From Fimbriosthenelais zetlandica (taxonomy: Eukaryota), in NCBI GenBank assembly GCA_977030845.1, contig OZ365112.1, positions 18,352,001 through 18,416,000 of the forward strand: DNA of 64,000 nt, in the 5' to 3' direction. Both the position numbers and the translations under genes were made by a program. Shown here one piece after another: positions 13,701 to 27,521 of this stretch. Positions within the stretch are counted from its first letter, which is position 1. Each line of letters starts with the position of its first letter. The notes beneath the pieces are model-generated. The model made no database searches, had not been told where the DNA came from, and worked only from the letters and a program-made list of their open reading frames with translations.

Positions 13701-16700
13701 CCTCACTATCATCTGTTAGCCGTTAGTGATTTACTACACACCTGTGATGAGCTCCCTGCTTTCTTTGGTTCACCACCTGATTAAAACTTATGTAGTTGGG
13801 CGAGTTTCTTGTCATACTGGGTGGAGCAGCTCTTTAACTGTTTTTCCATAAATAGAAACAGTGATAGGTAACCCATTGTGGCCTCCCGTTGTTAAGGTAG
13901 AGAAGATGAAAGGCAGCATCTCACCTGATACCAACTCACATCAAAGGCACCCAGGTGGGCTGCCCGGCTAGGCCCTCCTCAACACCTGACCCCCACCCCC
14001 TAGAGGAAGTGTTAGTCCTCCAGGTGTCACCTTAACATCCATTGGATGATCTGGCTATATCTGAGGTGAGAAGTGAGTGGTAATCTACACTTCATAACTG
14101 TTGCTGTCAATGACCTCAGCATTGAATTTAGATATCTTTCTTATTTCATGTCTGAGCCTTGCAATTGCTGTAGGCCTACTTGTTAGGGACTGCCAATCAA
14201 ATTTTAAAAAGAATCCACATTGTGTTTAGCTCAAGTAAAATATTCCTTTGTATTTGGTCATCGTCAGTTCATTTTAGCGAGCTAGGCCAAGGGGCTGACC
14301 GCGCCAGACATGTATCAGAATTAACCTCTTTAGAGGATTTCCCACTAAAAGGTTTTTACCACTGCTGATCTTTAGTTTGACATTCTGAGGACCATTTTTT
14401 CGACCGCTTTTGTATGCCATGTTTTCTCCAAGCTCCTTCAACTTTAGCACATATCCAGAATCGCTGTACGTCGCAATTGTTTTCTAGAGACTCGGAGTGG
14501 GGAGATATGAAGAGAACTTGAGAAGCATTGTTACCCCAAGCTTGCCCGCCCCCATCTAAAGTGGCTTCATTCCCTACTTCCGCTTTGGCGTCTTCCACAT
14601 TTCCCGCCTTTCAACTCCCCTTTCAAGTTGACTGCCAGTGCCACCTCTCGCCAGAAAAACGGAACTAGTGAGCCCGCCCAGACGCCAGTGCATGTGAAAA
14701 CTTTGGACGGGTTACATAGGTTAGCGACATCTCACAAGGTCACTACCACCTGTCTTTTATCTGGGTCAAGGTCAGTGATCTTTGATCCTGACAAGGCGCG
14801 TTAATGACGTCACTGCCACAGCGAACTCAGCGAGGCTGCGCAGTCCCAGAGGATAGTCTCCAATAAGACAACTCTAATAATGGCTGGAGCAGACTATGGA
14901 CGCCTCCGGTTGCTTGCCCTCTTGTGGGTGGGTCCATAAAAAGTCGCCTGTGCCATGAGCGTGACCACAAAAACGCACCGGTCTGTTCAATGCATACTAA
15001 GAGCGAAGTTCCATTTTCAAACATCCTCACCTTTTTGCCATAATTCCTGGCGAATGTCTTATATTTAATTAAAAATAAATTACTGTCGACATTTGAAATG
15101 TTCATATTGTTCGAGTCAAGCTTCGCGCGCCAGTCTTGCCTAGAATCAGGAATTTCCTCAACACTTTGTTTTAGTGTGTGATGTGAACTAGCCACCCTTG
15201 CCTACCACTTCACCACCCCTCCTACGCTCTCCATGTGTTATGCAGTAGGAACATGTTCTTGTCGTCACGCCGTTGACGCCGATAAGCTGCTTCTGATTTC
15301 CCGCATCCGCGCCCCAGCTTTGAGATGCCTTCCCCGCTTTTCTATTGCCCTCCCAGAAACTAATTTAGCTATAGATGTTTCAGAATGAAAATTTCGACAT
15401 AGATTCTTTTTAGCTAGCTAATTGTCGGTTTTCAGATTTATCTTTTATTTTGTAACTCGGTCAGATGAAGGAAGGAAATCGTTTTAGCTGGGATTTCAAG
15501 GTTCAAGTCTTAGAAAATCTTTGACTTGCCAATGCTAAATAATTCTTTTATGTATAGAACAAAGATCCTGTGGGATGTACAGTCTTGTTTAAGTTATTTA
15601 GATCATCCTGCACCCCGAGAGTCGTCTTAAAATAAAGACTTCAGGATCGCTACTTATTTACCCTTTGTGTAACATAAAGAGAAGAGAGAAGATGTTAATT
15701 CTTCACAATCAAGATCTCACGTAACAACTGATATCGGAAGACAAAGTCGGTGGCACCGGAGAGTGGCTTACCCGAGTGACTCATGTGGGTTGGTGATGAA
15801 AAGGAGGGAAGGATGTATATTGTATGACCTTGATGGCTCTGTCACCTGGCTATAGTGAATGTGTGAGTGATGGTGTCTATGTGTGTGTGAAGTGAGTGGG
15901 TAATATTATTACTACAGTGTCAAAGATCACAGAACCTCACATATGTACCTCCTCCATTAAGCTAATTCTAAACACACTCAAACAATCACTACCAAGCTTT
16001 TCTGATCTTTCCAACAAGATGATTCTTGTACTAATTCGAAAGGACCATATTGTTACTTTCACAAGGTATTTCTTAACTTTGAAAAGCTAAATAGTTTAGT
16101 TAAGATCTTGAAATGGTTGACCTGGTGGAAAGCACTTGTGGAACAAAAGGGCAAGGAGAGGGAACATACCGCCATTTCCTGGGTGAAAAGTCGCCTGCTC
16201 TCATTTTACAAAGCACGCGACAAACTGAATTATTAACTGTCGTTAGCTTTCAACTGAAAGACTATGATCACAGGGCTTCAGGAACACACAGCATACAACC
16301 CTGCTTCCCTGTCTTTGTTTGAAACAGTCAAGTGCACAAAAAGATCATTTTCCGTAAGCTCCTTAAGATTGTACTCTGCGTGTTGAGCGAGCTATTGTTT
16401 TGCCTGCTAACTTGGAGTGTCTGTGGGAGAGAGAGGACTCTCAGCGCTGATAGATGTTCTTAAGAGAAAACAAACCTTTTATACACTGGGGAATACCCGA
16501 CACTCTTCCAACAACATAGCAACATTTTTCTTCTGCAGTTTTCTTAGTAACATTTCTTCCATCAAGATGAAACGACCTGGAAAACATTTTATGACTTTGT
16601 GTGGAAACCTCTAAGAGATGGTTTCACGTAATTTGATTGATATTTTATAATTTTCAATGTAATATGAGTGCATTCTGATTTGATAAGATGAGAAATGAGG

Positions 16701-17275
16701 CACATGAAGGACATCGCTTGAAAGTTAAATCACAAGTTCATAATTGATATTAGGAAAAAGAGCTATTAATCTATTAATGTTACTCCTGTTGGATCTCACT
16801 ATTCATACATTGTCCTACAATCGGGTTGATGCTAAAATGAAAGAATGTCATACATGTTGTTCTTACGTACATAAGCACTTGTCCCTTTTAGTTGTAAGAT
16901 GGATGACAGCATTAGCAACATGTTGACATCCTAAAATCTTTAAAAGTTATTGAAGAAATGGTTCACCACTTTTGACGCATGAGCTGACTAATTGTAAACA
17001 AAAATGCTGCTAACCATGAAGCATACTGATTGTGACTGGAAATACTCAACAATTGTTTTCAATATTTTGCTTCTAGTTTGTCATGTTTTCAGGACATGGT
17101 ATTTGTGGAATAATAAGAGCATGGGCTTTATATCTAGATTATTGCCACCCCCTCCCTATCTACTCGCGCCACCAGCCTGCCTCTCCATTTGTGGATGAAG
17201 GCAGTGGCTGGAGGTAATGAATGATGACATGTAAATTAAGGAATGCTCACATTGTCTCCTCTCATTGTTTTGCAG

Positions 17276-17315
17276 TTTGAAGCAGCCGGTGACCCGGCAC
17301 CAATCGACTCTGAAG
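17276..17315 (+). CDS. PPA: Inorganic pyrophosphatase exon
   Basis: ttgcag/gtaagt; FEAAGDPAPIDSE plus G; phase 0 in and phase 1 out fit the neighbouring exons. Confidence 0.85.
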
Positions 17316-19619
17316 GTAAGTTGCATTTATTACTCCTCTTCACAAGACTGTCTGCCTCCATTGAATTAATGCTTCACAGTAATAAGCAGTCTGGGATGAC
17401 TTTCTTAAAATATTCTCAAGAACGCGAAAAACTAAAGTTATATGTAGAGGTAAAGTAGGAGAATTCATCTTGTGTAATCAGAATGAGTCCTTTTAGGTAT
17501 TGGTATTGCAATCTTCTCAGACATTGAATTCAAACGCCTTTGAAATAATATCTTGGACGATTGTTTTTTGGGAGTGGGGGGCATAAAGAATGAACGTGAT
17601 TTTTGAGTGGAGACCAACCAAAATGGTGTGCACGTGTTTGAGTAGTGGTGTAAGGCTGAGTGGCGAGGCGTTAAGAGAGGCAGGCTTGGCCTTTACTACT
17701 GCAATGAAGCGTGCAGGTGACAGCTGCTACTACATATGGTAAACACGGAGTTACTCAACCATGGACTCATATAAGTCGGCACGCGCTCATTACGAGCAAC
17801 TCCCATTGTTAGAGCCTCTCTTCAACATGCTTCTCTTCCTTACTTTGGTCAGTCCCCATTGCATCTCTGTAAATCAAGTAAACGTCTTAATTTTGGTTTT
17901 TGAAATGCATTGACCTGTCCGGGATATTACCATATATGGGGCTAAACCATGGATACATGGTTGGCTCAAGACACAGGTCTTATGATGCCCGTTATATTCG
18001 TGGCCTGTGGCGGGCAGTTAAGAACAAATCGTCCTCAGTGAAAAAAAGGTCTGAACATTTTAGAGAATTCCTAATATCAAACAGTCTCTGTGGTGACAAT
18101 AGGAGACAACATTGAAGAGAAGTTCTTTAGAGGGAGGTATATTTATTGTTATTTCCATCAATAGGCAATGGAATGAAGTGACTTTGTGCAAGTGAGTGGA
18201 TGAGGATGTATTCTCTATAGCCTTTCAAACTCTACACAATGATCCACGTTAGGCAAGCCTATCGCTATAGTAAACCTTTCTTTGTCGACTCCTAACTATT
18301 GTCATGTATTTTGCTTTATATCACACAAAAGCTATGCCTAAGAACTGCTAGAAGTTGGATTTATTTTGCCCTCCGTTGATCCATTGGATTGGTGACAAAA
18401 GACCCAGCTAGTATTTAGAGAGCTTGCATTGAATGGCAGGGACACAGAAGATGCCTCGTCTTTTGTGTGCGGACCGGGAAAAATGCACACGCCCTATGTC
18501 AATGCCTTTGGCCACGGTATGATCCCAACAATAGAGTCGGATGTGGTTATGATTTGCAGGGTTCCTTTTTTCTACACCTTCACAATGGCAAGACCCATCT
18601 CGGGGCCATGAAATGCCTCAAGGGCGAGCATGTGAGATATATCCCTGGTGGGATGAGAAGACCCCGGTTATGTATTGGAGGGTGGGGAAAATGGGAGCGA
18701 TTGTGAGGACAGGGTGTTGGATCGTTTTTCCCCCCATGTCCGATGTATTGTACATTGGTTCATGATCATCATTCCATAACCTGGTCACCGTTGTCCCCTG
18801 CTTCCTCTCCCTTCTCTTCCTCCTCTTCGGCTGGCAGCATGCTCTATCGGAGTATTAAGTCCGTCTTTGTTCAATGCTTCCTCCGACTTTGTGCAGGAGA
18901 GAAGCAAGTGGGGACTCACAAAGAGAATCTCACGCTAGACCTGCGCTGCCGACTGTCACCGGGCATTGACGTTACGCGCCGTCAACGAGCAGCTCCCAGT
19001 GCTCCACGCTCCACAATTGGAAGGATTCTCAGTGGGAAAGGCCCCCTTTTTACAGCATGCTGATTCCATTGAGAAAATCTAATGAGAAATGGAAGTCATG
19101 TTGAATGATTGGCTGTGTTCTGCCCTGCTCAAGCCCGGCGGACTGCTGGGTTATCACAGGCCAGGCTCCAGCGGGCTTATTTTATCGTAAATAGACGCAA
19201 GTATTAGGAAAGAAATGGGAGAACAATTCCTTATCTATTACTTATGACAGATAACAATAAATGGGGAAGACGTCCCAATGGGCACCGCTCGCAGGCAGGT
19301 GGGGAAGGAAAAAAGACTTTATTTGGAGACTGACTGTCGTTTTCCTCTCATTGACTCTGTGAATTCATCCATTGTTTGGTCTCTTCTACCTCCTCCTATA
19401 ACCTAGAGCTGTCCTCCCCGAGCACTTAATGGTCCCCACTAGGACCTCCAGATAACCCTGAGAACTGCAATCTCAAGGCAATGCTTTTGTTAAGGGCTGT
19501 GCATTAATTTTTATCCCATTCTTTCCTTCATGATTCATTGTCTCATTGACTTTTCAGATGGAATTCCAGTTGAAAATAATAAATACCATATTTGACGTAT
19601 TTCTTTTCTTCTTTTCAAG

Positions 19620-19648
19620 TTGACATGTGGCATTTCGTGAAGCTGTAA
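19620..19648 (+). CDS. PPA: Inorganic pyrophosphatase terminal coding exon
   Basis: Polypyrimidine tract plus ttcaag; VDMWHFVKL-stop(TAA) matches the C-terminal PID..VD.W.(F/Y) motif. Confidence 0.9.
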
Positions 19649-19937
19649 ATGTTGAATCCATTCAATGATCCCCTGTCTCGAATCCTCCTTCATCTTGTGA
19701 AGATCTACTGACCGGTATCAACACGTCTACCTGGTCAATCTTTATCTTGCTTCAGAAGCTTGTACACAATATGGTCACCGTGGTGGAGGGATCAAGTGCG
19801 GATAACGGACTGATAAGCCGGCATTATAAGACTTACCAACACAACCTACACTCACAACAACGTGTCACTCATAGCTACTCAACATCTTCTCACCTCCCTC
19901 ACACCTCTACCAGCTGCCTTGTCGGATTATAAGTGCG

Positions 19938-19949
19938 TATTTATTTATT
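19938..19949 (+). promoter_or_regulatory. AU-rich element (overlapping AUUUA) in the presumptive PPA 3' UTR
   Basis: TATTTATTTATT about 290 nt after the stop codon; the UTR extent is unknown. Confidence 0.25.
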
Positions 19950-22165
19950 GTTGCTGTAATTCTACGTGAAAGCTTAAATTCGCAATTGTAAATTGGACAG
20001 GATATTGATTTTTATATTGTTCCCATGCCAAAATGGAATATGAATATGACCGCGAGTAGAACAGATTCTCCTCAAAAATTCTCCTATGCCCCATTCTCAT
20101 TGTTTCTAAGCAAACATTCCAAAATATTCAAATCTTTTTGCTACTGCTTTTACTCCAGATTAACCATGCATTCTGTGATTTGGTATAGATTGTATTTACA
20201 TCAAACCAATGTGGATAGAAAGTCTTCCTTTCACAGTCAGTAGTTGGTCCCTCATTTCGCCAAAATGGAATAGAGATAAAAGTAAGCAATACGGATCTAA
20301 TTTTATAGGTCGCATAACTTATTTTTCTGATCTATTTTGAGCTGAATTATCTGTTTCATTTACACAGTCTCATCCTTAATGTACGAAACATCATCAGCTG
20401 ATAATGAATTGCCTAGCTATGCATATCTTTGTAAAATGTCTGACATGAAATCGTCATAATGGTAGACAGTTGAAGGTTATGTATTGATTGACAGATTCTC
20501 ATGTTGATAAACTACAGACATCAGAGTCATTTTTGTGAGAAATTGTGTGCATCTGAGAGTACCTCGACTCAGGGGACCAGAGGCTTGAACAATACATGAC
20601 CTTAAATAAAGGATGGCCTTAAATGGTAACCGTGGACCAATCACTGGTAAGGCACAGGTAGACTTACCAGTTAGTACGAGATATAGGACTATACCTGGTA
20701 ATATTAGGACCATACTTACACTCTGTACCTGTCTATTGTGTGGTGAGAATACTCTTGACATGATCAGTTAGAGAGTTAGCTAAGATAAATTGTATTAGGT
20801 AGGTAAGTGAAAATGCTAACTGTGAAGAGAAGATCTCGCAATTTGTTATTAGATTTGAATCTAAAATTAGTCATAAATTAAAATGTTAAAAGTATTAGGT
20901 GAGTTGAGAGGTTAATGTACTAGATAATGATGAGAGGGTTACTACGAGGCACACGCATCTATATACCATGTAGGGTAGATATCATGAAGCCTATAAATCA
21001 TGTCTGTTGAGGTAAACGTACTAAACGGAAAAATTAATTTTGAATACATTGTATGTTGGAATATAGAAATCTCTTATTCTAGGTCACAAATATTTTTTGC
21101 CATTTCCATGGCTTCCAATCTATTCTATACGCCTATAGCTTAGATAGTCTGTGCTAACCTGTCCTTCCCTGCAAGAGAATTTTCAGTGGAATAAATTAGA
21201 GGAGATTAGCTTTGGTTGATTAATGCTAACCGACAACGTTATTGAAGTGTAAGGATAGTAATAATTGTTATTTTCTTGTGTATTGAGATCAAACTTGCCA
21301 CTCGGAGTGGTTCAGACCATGTGCTAGATGTCATTGTCCAGTTGTAGAACAAGCAATAAAATGTCATTAAATGTATTAATTCCTCACTTGCGTCATTGTA
21401 TTTATTTATTGAGATTGTCTGTAGGGTGTTGTAAAGATAACCAGATATGTTATCATCATAATTATGAGTAGCATGGATCCAAACTAAAGGTATCATATTA
21501 TATCAGTGATGATTGTCATTCTGTGATACTACCATTGGTAGGTCCAGTATCTAACATGACACCAGTCACAACAATGGTCCTATCACTGTCATGACACGCA
21601 TGACTGACATGAAGTCCTGCCCGTTTCTCATCTTCTGTCAGTCACAGTGCCTGCTAAGTCATGTCTGCCCTCTCTACTCCGCCACCAACAGATGACACTG
21701 CATCCTTCACTCTCTGTGCACACACAGCACTTTGTGTGGTATTGCAACAAGACTCCGCTATTCGTCAGAGAGGGAGATATAGGAAAATGAAAGCAATGTA
21801 CCATCAACAGATCACGGACATCTGGCATGTTTGCTGGCTTTTCCTCTGGTGTAAAAAAAGCCCAGATAAATATCTTTAGACGCTATGTAATCTGAGCCCA
21901 TACCCATTTCCCTAGTTTTCTGGTTCCAACATGTAGTGTGAAACATAGTTGACATGATACGCCCCCTCCCTCCTTCCTTCATCTAGCTCTCTCCCCTCCC
22001 TCATTTCCTCTCTCAACCCCCCTGAATTCAGTCCATCTTTGCAAGTGTTAATGAAATTCAAAGTATACCCAGACCCAGAAATGTCTATTCTAATATTTAG
22101 TCTGGGATTAGGCCTACTAGTATCTGAAAAGTGGAGATCGTAGCAGGCATACAGAATCTTTCAGG

Positions 22166-22250
22166 AAAAATAAGCCTTTCCCTAAAAAGGTTCGAACTCC
22201 CCATCTCTGACATCGTGTGCTAGCGCTCTAACCACTTGACCGACTGACAC
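22166..22250 (-). ncRNA. tRNA-derived Pol III element (SINE-head-like), diverged copy
   Basis: The minus strand carries GGTCAAGTGG (A box-like), AGTTCGAACC (B box-like) and a T5 run. Confidence 0.6.
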
Positions 22251-22444
22251 AGGAGTTTATGATCCCTATAGCCAAGGTCCGCTGTGGTAGATGCGTATGA
22301 TCCCCTGCATGGCCCAAGACTTGTTCCCAAACCATATGTAGGCCCTAGTTCACCGTTTCGCCGCTAGAAATCTCGGGTCACCATTGACACGGCAAGCTCT
22401 CTGAGACATCAGGTCAAGCTTTAGACCTTCCCCTTTCCAGTCCT

Positions 22445-22525
22445 GTGCGTCGTGGTGAAGTGGTTAGAGCGCTAACACATGGTGTCGAAGGTCGGGGTTT
22501 CGAACCCTGATCTTGGCTTATTTTT
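22445..22525 (+). ncRNA. tRNA-derived Pol III element, diverged copy
   Basis: TGGTGAAGTGG A box, GGTTTCGAACCC imperfect B box, T5. Confidence 0.6.
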
Positions 22526-22949
22526 ACTGAAAGAATCTTCTTGGCAAACAAGGAACGATCAGAGAGCGTCGAGAGTCAACTCCGCCTGGTGCCGCTTCGG
22601 TCGCCATTGTTGATGATCTCTGTATCTGGGATGACCAGATTCATGGGCCAGCAACATCATCGACCCCAAGCGGGACCAGGCAGAAATGACTCTCGGCGCT
22701 CTGATGCTACCTTGTTTGAGATCCATGTAGTTCATCATCCATGTTGACCTATCTGCAATGGCAGGTTCACAGGTCAAGAGAATAGGCCTACCCAAGCCAA
22801 CGTGCCACCAGTGCCCCTGCTAAGAAGATTCTAATGCTGGTATTCGGTTTGGACCCTGCATTGGCTAAATCATGATAAATAGTTCACCGTTCCGCCGCTA
22901 GGGCCCTTGTCGCTCAGACCTTGTTTGCCAATTAAGGAGATTCTTTCAG

Positions 22950-23035
22950 AAAAAATAAGCGTTCCCAAATCAGGGTTCGAACCGGCGACCTCTTACACAG
23001 TGTGCTAGCGCTCTAGCCACTTGACCACGAGGCAC
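22950..23035 (-). ncRNA. tRNA-derived Pol III element
   Basis: A box TGGTCAAGTGG, B box GGTTCGAACCC, T6 terminator; tRNA-length arms but poor acceptor and anticodon stems. Confidence 0.75.
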
Positions 23036-23939
23036 ATGACTGGGGTTGGGCGGTGTAAAACTTGGTCTGATGTCTCACAGAGCTTGCCGTCCCCTTCAAC
23101 GCTCCTCCTCCTCTACAAACCTGCCGCGCATGCCCACTGAAGCTCCTTGATCACTGAAGCGTTGAAAAAGTTGAAGCTATTTCGGGCCAAATTTCTCTCC
23201 AAGTTTACCTCCTCCCATGATCCTTTGCAGCTCGATTTCTAGAAAGTTGAATATCTCTGCAATTAAAGGCTCAAAAAATACAAAATAAACGGATTATTCT
23301 TAGTTGGAAGGTACTCTAAATGCTGACCATGTTTTTGAAGCGAAAAAATTCATTTAAAATTTCAGTTTTTGAAAATGAGCTCATTTTCACACATTAGCAT
23401 GGATCTCTATGGAGGGAGCAAGCCAGAGCGACAGTGGCGACCCGAGATTTCTAGCGGCGAAACGGTGAACTACCGAGCCGGTTTGGACCCTGCGTTGGCT
23501 AGATCAAGATAAATAGTTCACCGTTTCGCCGCTAGGGCCTCTGTCCCTCAGGCTTGCTCCATCCATAGAGATCAATGCCAATGTGGGAAAATGAGCTCAT
23601 TTTCAAAAACTGAAATTTTAAATCAATTTTCTCACTTCAAAAACATGGTCAGCATTTAGAGTACCTTCCAACTAAGAATAATCCGTTTATTTTGTATTTT
23701 TTGAGCCCTTAATTGCAGAGATATTCAACTTTCTAGAAATCGAGCTGCAAAGGATCATGGGAGGAGGTAAACTTGGAGAGAAATTTAGCCCGAAATAGCT
23801 TCAACTTTTTCAACGCTTCAGTGATCAAGGAGCTTCAGTGGGCATGCGCGGCAGGTTTGTAGAGGAGGAGGAGCGTTGAAGGGGACGGCAAGCTCTGTGA
23901 GACATCAGACCAAGTTTTACACCGCCCAACCCCAGTCAT

Positions 23940-24025
23940 GTGCCTTGTGGTCAAGTGGTTAGAGCGCTAGCACACTGTGTAAGAGGTCGCCGGTTCGAAC
24001 CCTGATTTGGGAAGGATTATTTTTT
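23940..24025 (+). ncRNA. tRNA-derived Pol III element
   Basis: A box 23948-23958, B box 23992-24002, T6 at 24020-24025. Confidence 0.75.
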
Positions 24026-24440
24026 CTGAACAATCTCCTTAATTGGCAAACAATGCCTGAGCGACAAGGGCCCTAGCGGCGGAACGGTGAACTATTTATC
24101 ATGATTTAGCCAACGCAGAGTCCAAACCGAATACCAGCATTATTATCCGAGTCGGCAAGGTAGTTCACCGTCAGAGCGTCGAGAGTCAACTCCGCCTGGT
24201 GCCGTTTCGGTCGCCATTGTTGATGATCTCTGTATCTGGGATTACCAGATTCATGGGCCACCACCATCAGCGACCCCAAGCGGCACCAGGCCGAACTGAC
24301 TGTCGCCACTCTGATGCTACCTTGTTTGAGATCATGTAGTTCATCATCCATGTTGGCCTATCTGCATTGGAATGTTCACCGGCCAAGAGAATACCCAAGC
24401 AAACATGCCACCACTGCCCCAGCCAATAAGATTCTTTCAG

Positions 24441-24526
24441 AAAAAATAAGCCTTCCCAAAACAGGGTTCGAACCGGCTACCTCTTACACAGTGTGCTAGC
24501 GCTCTAACCACTTGACCACAAGGCAC
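24441..24526 (-). ncRNA. tRNA-derived Pol III element
   Basis: Same A box, B box and T6 layout on the minus strand. Confidence 0.75.
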
Positions 24527-25430
24527 ATGACTGGGGATGGGCGGTGTAAAACTTGGTCTGATGTCTCACAGAGCTTGCCGTCCCCTTCAACGCTCCTCCT
24601 CCTCTACAAACCTGCCGCGCATGCCCACTGAAGCTCCTTGATCACTGAAGCGTTGAAAAAGTTGAAGCTATTTCGGGCCAAATTTCTCTCCAAGTTTACC
24701 TCCTCCCATGATCCTTTGCAGCTCGATTTCTAGAAAGTTGAATATCTCTGCAATTAAAGGCTCAAAAAATACAAAATAAACGGATTATTCTTAGTTGGAA
24801 GGTACTCTAAATGCTGACCATGTTTTTGAAGCGAAAAAATTCATTTAAAATTTCAGTTTTTGAAAATGAGCTCATTTTCACACATTAGCATGGATCTCTA
24901 TGGAGGGAGCAAGCCAGAGCGACAGTGGCGACCCGAGATTTCTAGCGGCGAAACGGTGAACTACCGAGCCGGTTTGGACCCTGCGTTGGCTAGATCAAGA
25001 TAAATAGTTCACCGTTTCGCCGCTAGGGCCTCTGTCCCTCAGGCTTGCTCCATCCATAGAGATCAATGCCAATGTGGGAAAATGAGCTCATTTTCAAAAA
25101 CTGAAATTTTAAATCAATTTTCTCACTTCAAAAACATGGTCAGCATTTAGAGTACCTTCCAACTAAGAATAATCCGTTTATTTTGTATTTTTTGAGCCCT
25201 TAATTGCAGAGATATTCAACTTTCTAGAAATCGAGCTGCAAAGGATCATGGGAGGAGGTAAACTTGGAGAGAAATTTAGCCCGAAATAGCTTCAACTTTT
25301 TCAACGCTTCAGTGATCAAGGAGCTTCAGTGGGCATGCGCGGCAGGTTTGTAGAGGAGGAGGAGCGTTGAAGGGGACGGCAAGCTCTGTGAGACATCAGA
25401 CCAAGTTTTACACCGCCCAACCCCAGTCAT

Positions 25431-25516
25431 GTGCCTCGTGGTCAAGTGGTTAGAGCGCTAGCACACTGTGTAAGAGGTCGCCGGTTCGAACCCTGATTTG
25501 GGAAGGATTATTTTTT
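25431..25516 (+). ncRNA. tRNA-derived Pol III element
   Basis: A box, B box, T6. Confidence 0.75.
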
Positions 25517-25932
25517 CTGAAACAATCTCCTTAATTGGCAAACAATGCCTGAGCGACAAGGGCCCTAGCGGCGGAACGGTGAACTATTTATCATGATTTA
25601 GCCAACGCAGGGTCCAAACCGAATACCAGCATTATTATCCGAGTCGGCAATGTAGTTCACCGTCAGAGCGTCGAGAGTCAACTCCGCCTGGTGCCGCTTC
25701 GGTCGCCATTGTTGATGATTTCTGTATCTGGGATTACGAGATTCATGGGCCACCACCATCAGCGACCCCAAGCGGCACCAGGCCGAACTGACTGTCGCCA
25801 CTCTGATGCTACCTTGTTTGAGATCATGTAGTTCATCATCCATGTTGACCTATCTGCATTGGAAGGTTCACCGTCCAAGAGCATACCCAAGCCAACATGC
25901 CAGCACTGCCCCAGCCAATAAGATTCTTTCAG

Positions 25933-26018
25933 AAAAAATAAGCCTTCCCAAAACAGGGTTCGAACCGGCTACCTCTTACACAGTGTGCTAGCGCTCTAAC
26001 CACTTGACCACGAGGCAC
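25933..26018 (-). ncRNA. tRNA-derived Pol III element
   Basis: A box, B box, T6 on the minus strand. Confidence 0.75.
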
Positions 26019-26933
26019 ATGACTGGGGATGTGCGGTGTAAAACTTGGTCTGATGTCTCACAGAGCTTGCCGTCCCCTTCAACGCTCCTCCTCCTCTACA
26101 AACCTGCCGCGCATGCCCACTGAAGCTCCTTGATCACTGAAGCGTTGAAAAAGTTGAAGCTATTTCGGGCCAAATTTCTCTCCAAGTTTACCTCCTCCCA
26201 TGATCCTTTGCAGCTCGATTTCTAGAAAGTTGAATATCTCTGCAATTAAGGGCTCAAAAAATACAAAATAAACGGATTATTCTTAATTGGAAGGTACTCT
26301 AAATGCTGACCATGTTTTTGAAGCGAGAAAATTGATTTAAAATTTCAGTTTTTGAAAATGAGCTCATTTTCCCACATTGGCATTGATCTCAATGGATGGA
26401 GCAAGCCTGAGGGACAGAGGCCCTAGCGGCGAAACGGTGAACTACTTATCATGATCTAGCCAACGCAGGGTCCAAACCGAATACCAGCCGGCTCGGTAGT
26501 TCACCGTTTCGCCGCTAGAAATCTCGGGTCGCCACTGTCGCCCTGGCTTGCTCCCTCCATAGAGATCCATGCTAATGTGTGAAAATGAGCTCATTTTCAA
26601 AAACTGAAATTTTAAATCAATTTTCTCGCTTCAAAAACATGGTCAGCATTTAGAGTACCTTCCAACTAAGAATAATCCGTTTATTTTGTATTTTTTGAGC
26701 CTTTAATTGCAGAGATATTCAACTTTCTAGAAATCGAGCTGCAAAGGATCATGGGAGGAGGTAAACTTGGAGAGAAATTTGGCCCGAAATAGCTTCAACT
26801 TTTTCAACGCTTCAGTGATCAAGGAGCTTCAGTGGGCATGCGCAGGAGGTTTGTAGAGGAAGAGGAGCGTTGAAGGGGACGGCAAGCTCTGTGAGACATC
26901 AGACCAAGTTTTACACCGCCCATCCCCAGTCAT

Positions 26934-27019
26934 GTGCCTCGTGGTCAAGTGGTTAGAGCGCTAGCACACTGTGTAAGAGGTCGCCGGTTCGAACCCGGAT
27001 TTGGGAAGGCTTATTTTTT
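26934..27019 (+). ncRNA. tRNA-derived Pol III element
   Basis: A box, B box (T-stem CCGG/CCGG intact in this copy), T6. Confidence 0.75.
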
Positions 27020-27435
27020 CTGAAAGAATCTCCTTAATTGGCAAACAATGCCTGAGCGACAAGGGCCCTAGCGGCGGAACGGTGAACTATTTATCATGAT
27101 TTAGCCAACGCAGGGTCCAAACCGAATACCAGCATTATTAGCCCAGTCGGCAAGGTAGTTCACCGTCAGAGCGTCGAGAGTCAACTCCGCCTGGTGCCGC
27201 TTCGGTCGCCATTGTTGATGATCTCTGTATCTGGGATTACGAGATTCATGGGCCACCACCATCAGCGACCCCAAGCGGCACCAGGCCGAACTGACTGGCG
27301 CCACTCTGATGCTACCTTGTTTGAGATCATGTAGTTCATCATCCATGTTGACCTATCTGCATTGGAAGGTTCACCGTCCAAGAGAATACCCAAGCCAACA
27401 TGCCACTACTGCCCCAGCCAATAAGATTCTTTCAG

Positions 27436-27521
27436 AAAAAATAAGCCTTCCCAAAACAGGGTTCGAACCGGCTACATCTTACACAGTGTGCTAGCGCTCT
27501 AACCACTTGACCACGAGGCAC
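27436..27521 (-). ncRNA. tRNA-derived Pol III element
   Basis: A box, B box, T6 on the minus strand. Confidence 0.75.

Larger units (their letters stand above)
22833..24141. repeat. Palindrome unit 1 (about 1.31 kb)
   Basis: The left end aatgctggtattcgg is the reverse complement of the right end ccgaataccagcatt; the arms are near-identical inverted copies. Confidence 0.95.
24429..25528. repeat. Palindrome unit 2 (about 1.10 kb)
   Basis: Inverted arms; the centre has the same orientation as unit 1. Confidence 0.95.
25921..27031. repeat. Palindrome unit 3 (about 1.11 kb), centre inverted
   Basis: Inverted arms; the centre at about 26360-26590 is the reverse complement of the unit 1/2 centre. 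Confidence 0.95.

Noticed and set aside
163-21879. Short six-frame ORFs within PPA introns (e.g. 4515-5024, 14827-15195)
   Set aside because: No recognisable domains, with lengths and composition as expected for random intronic ORFs.
23400-23580. Hammerhead ribozyme (retrozyme or SM-alpha-like) in the array, prompted by CTGAG..GA and GAAAC motifs
   Set aside because: There is no correct CUGANGA core and stem II does not close. GAAAC simply pairs with GTTTC as part of the palindrome. A CCCAAGC twister-like word also lacks the rest of that consensus.
24106-27494. Repeated ORFs MDDELHDLKQ... and MLPCLRSCSSSS...
   Set aside because: They are by-products of the tandem repeat; they are broken or shifted in the flanking copies and have no recognisable domain.
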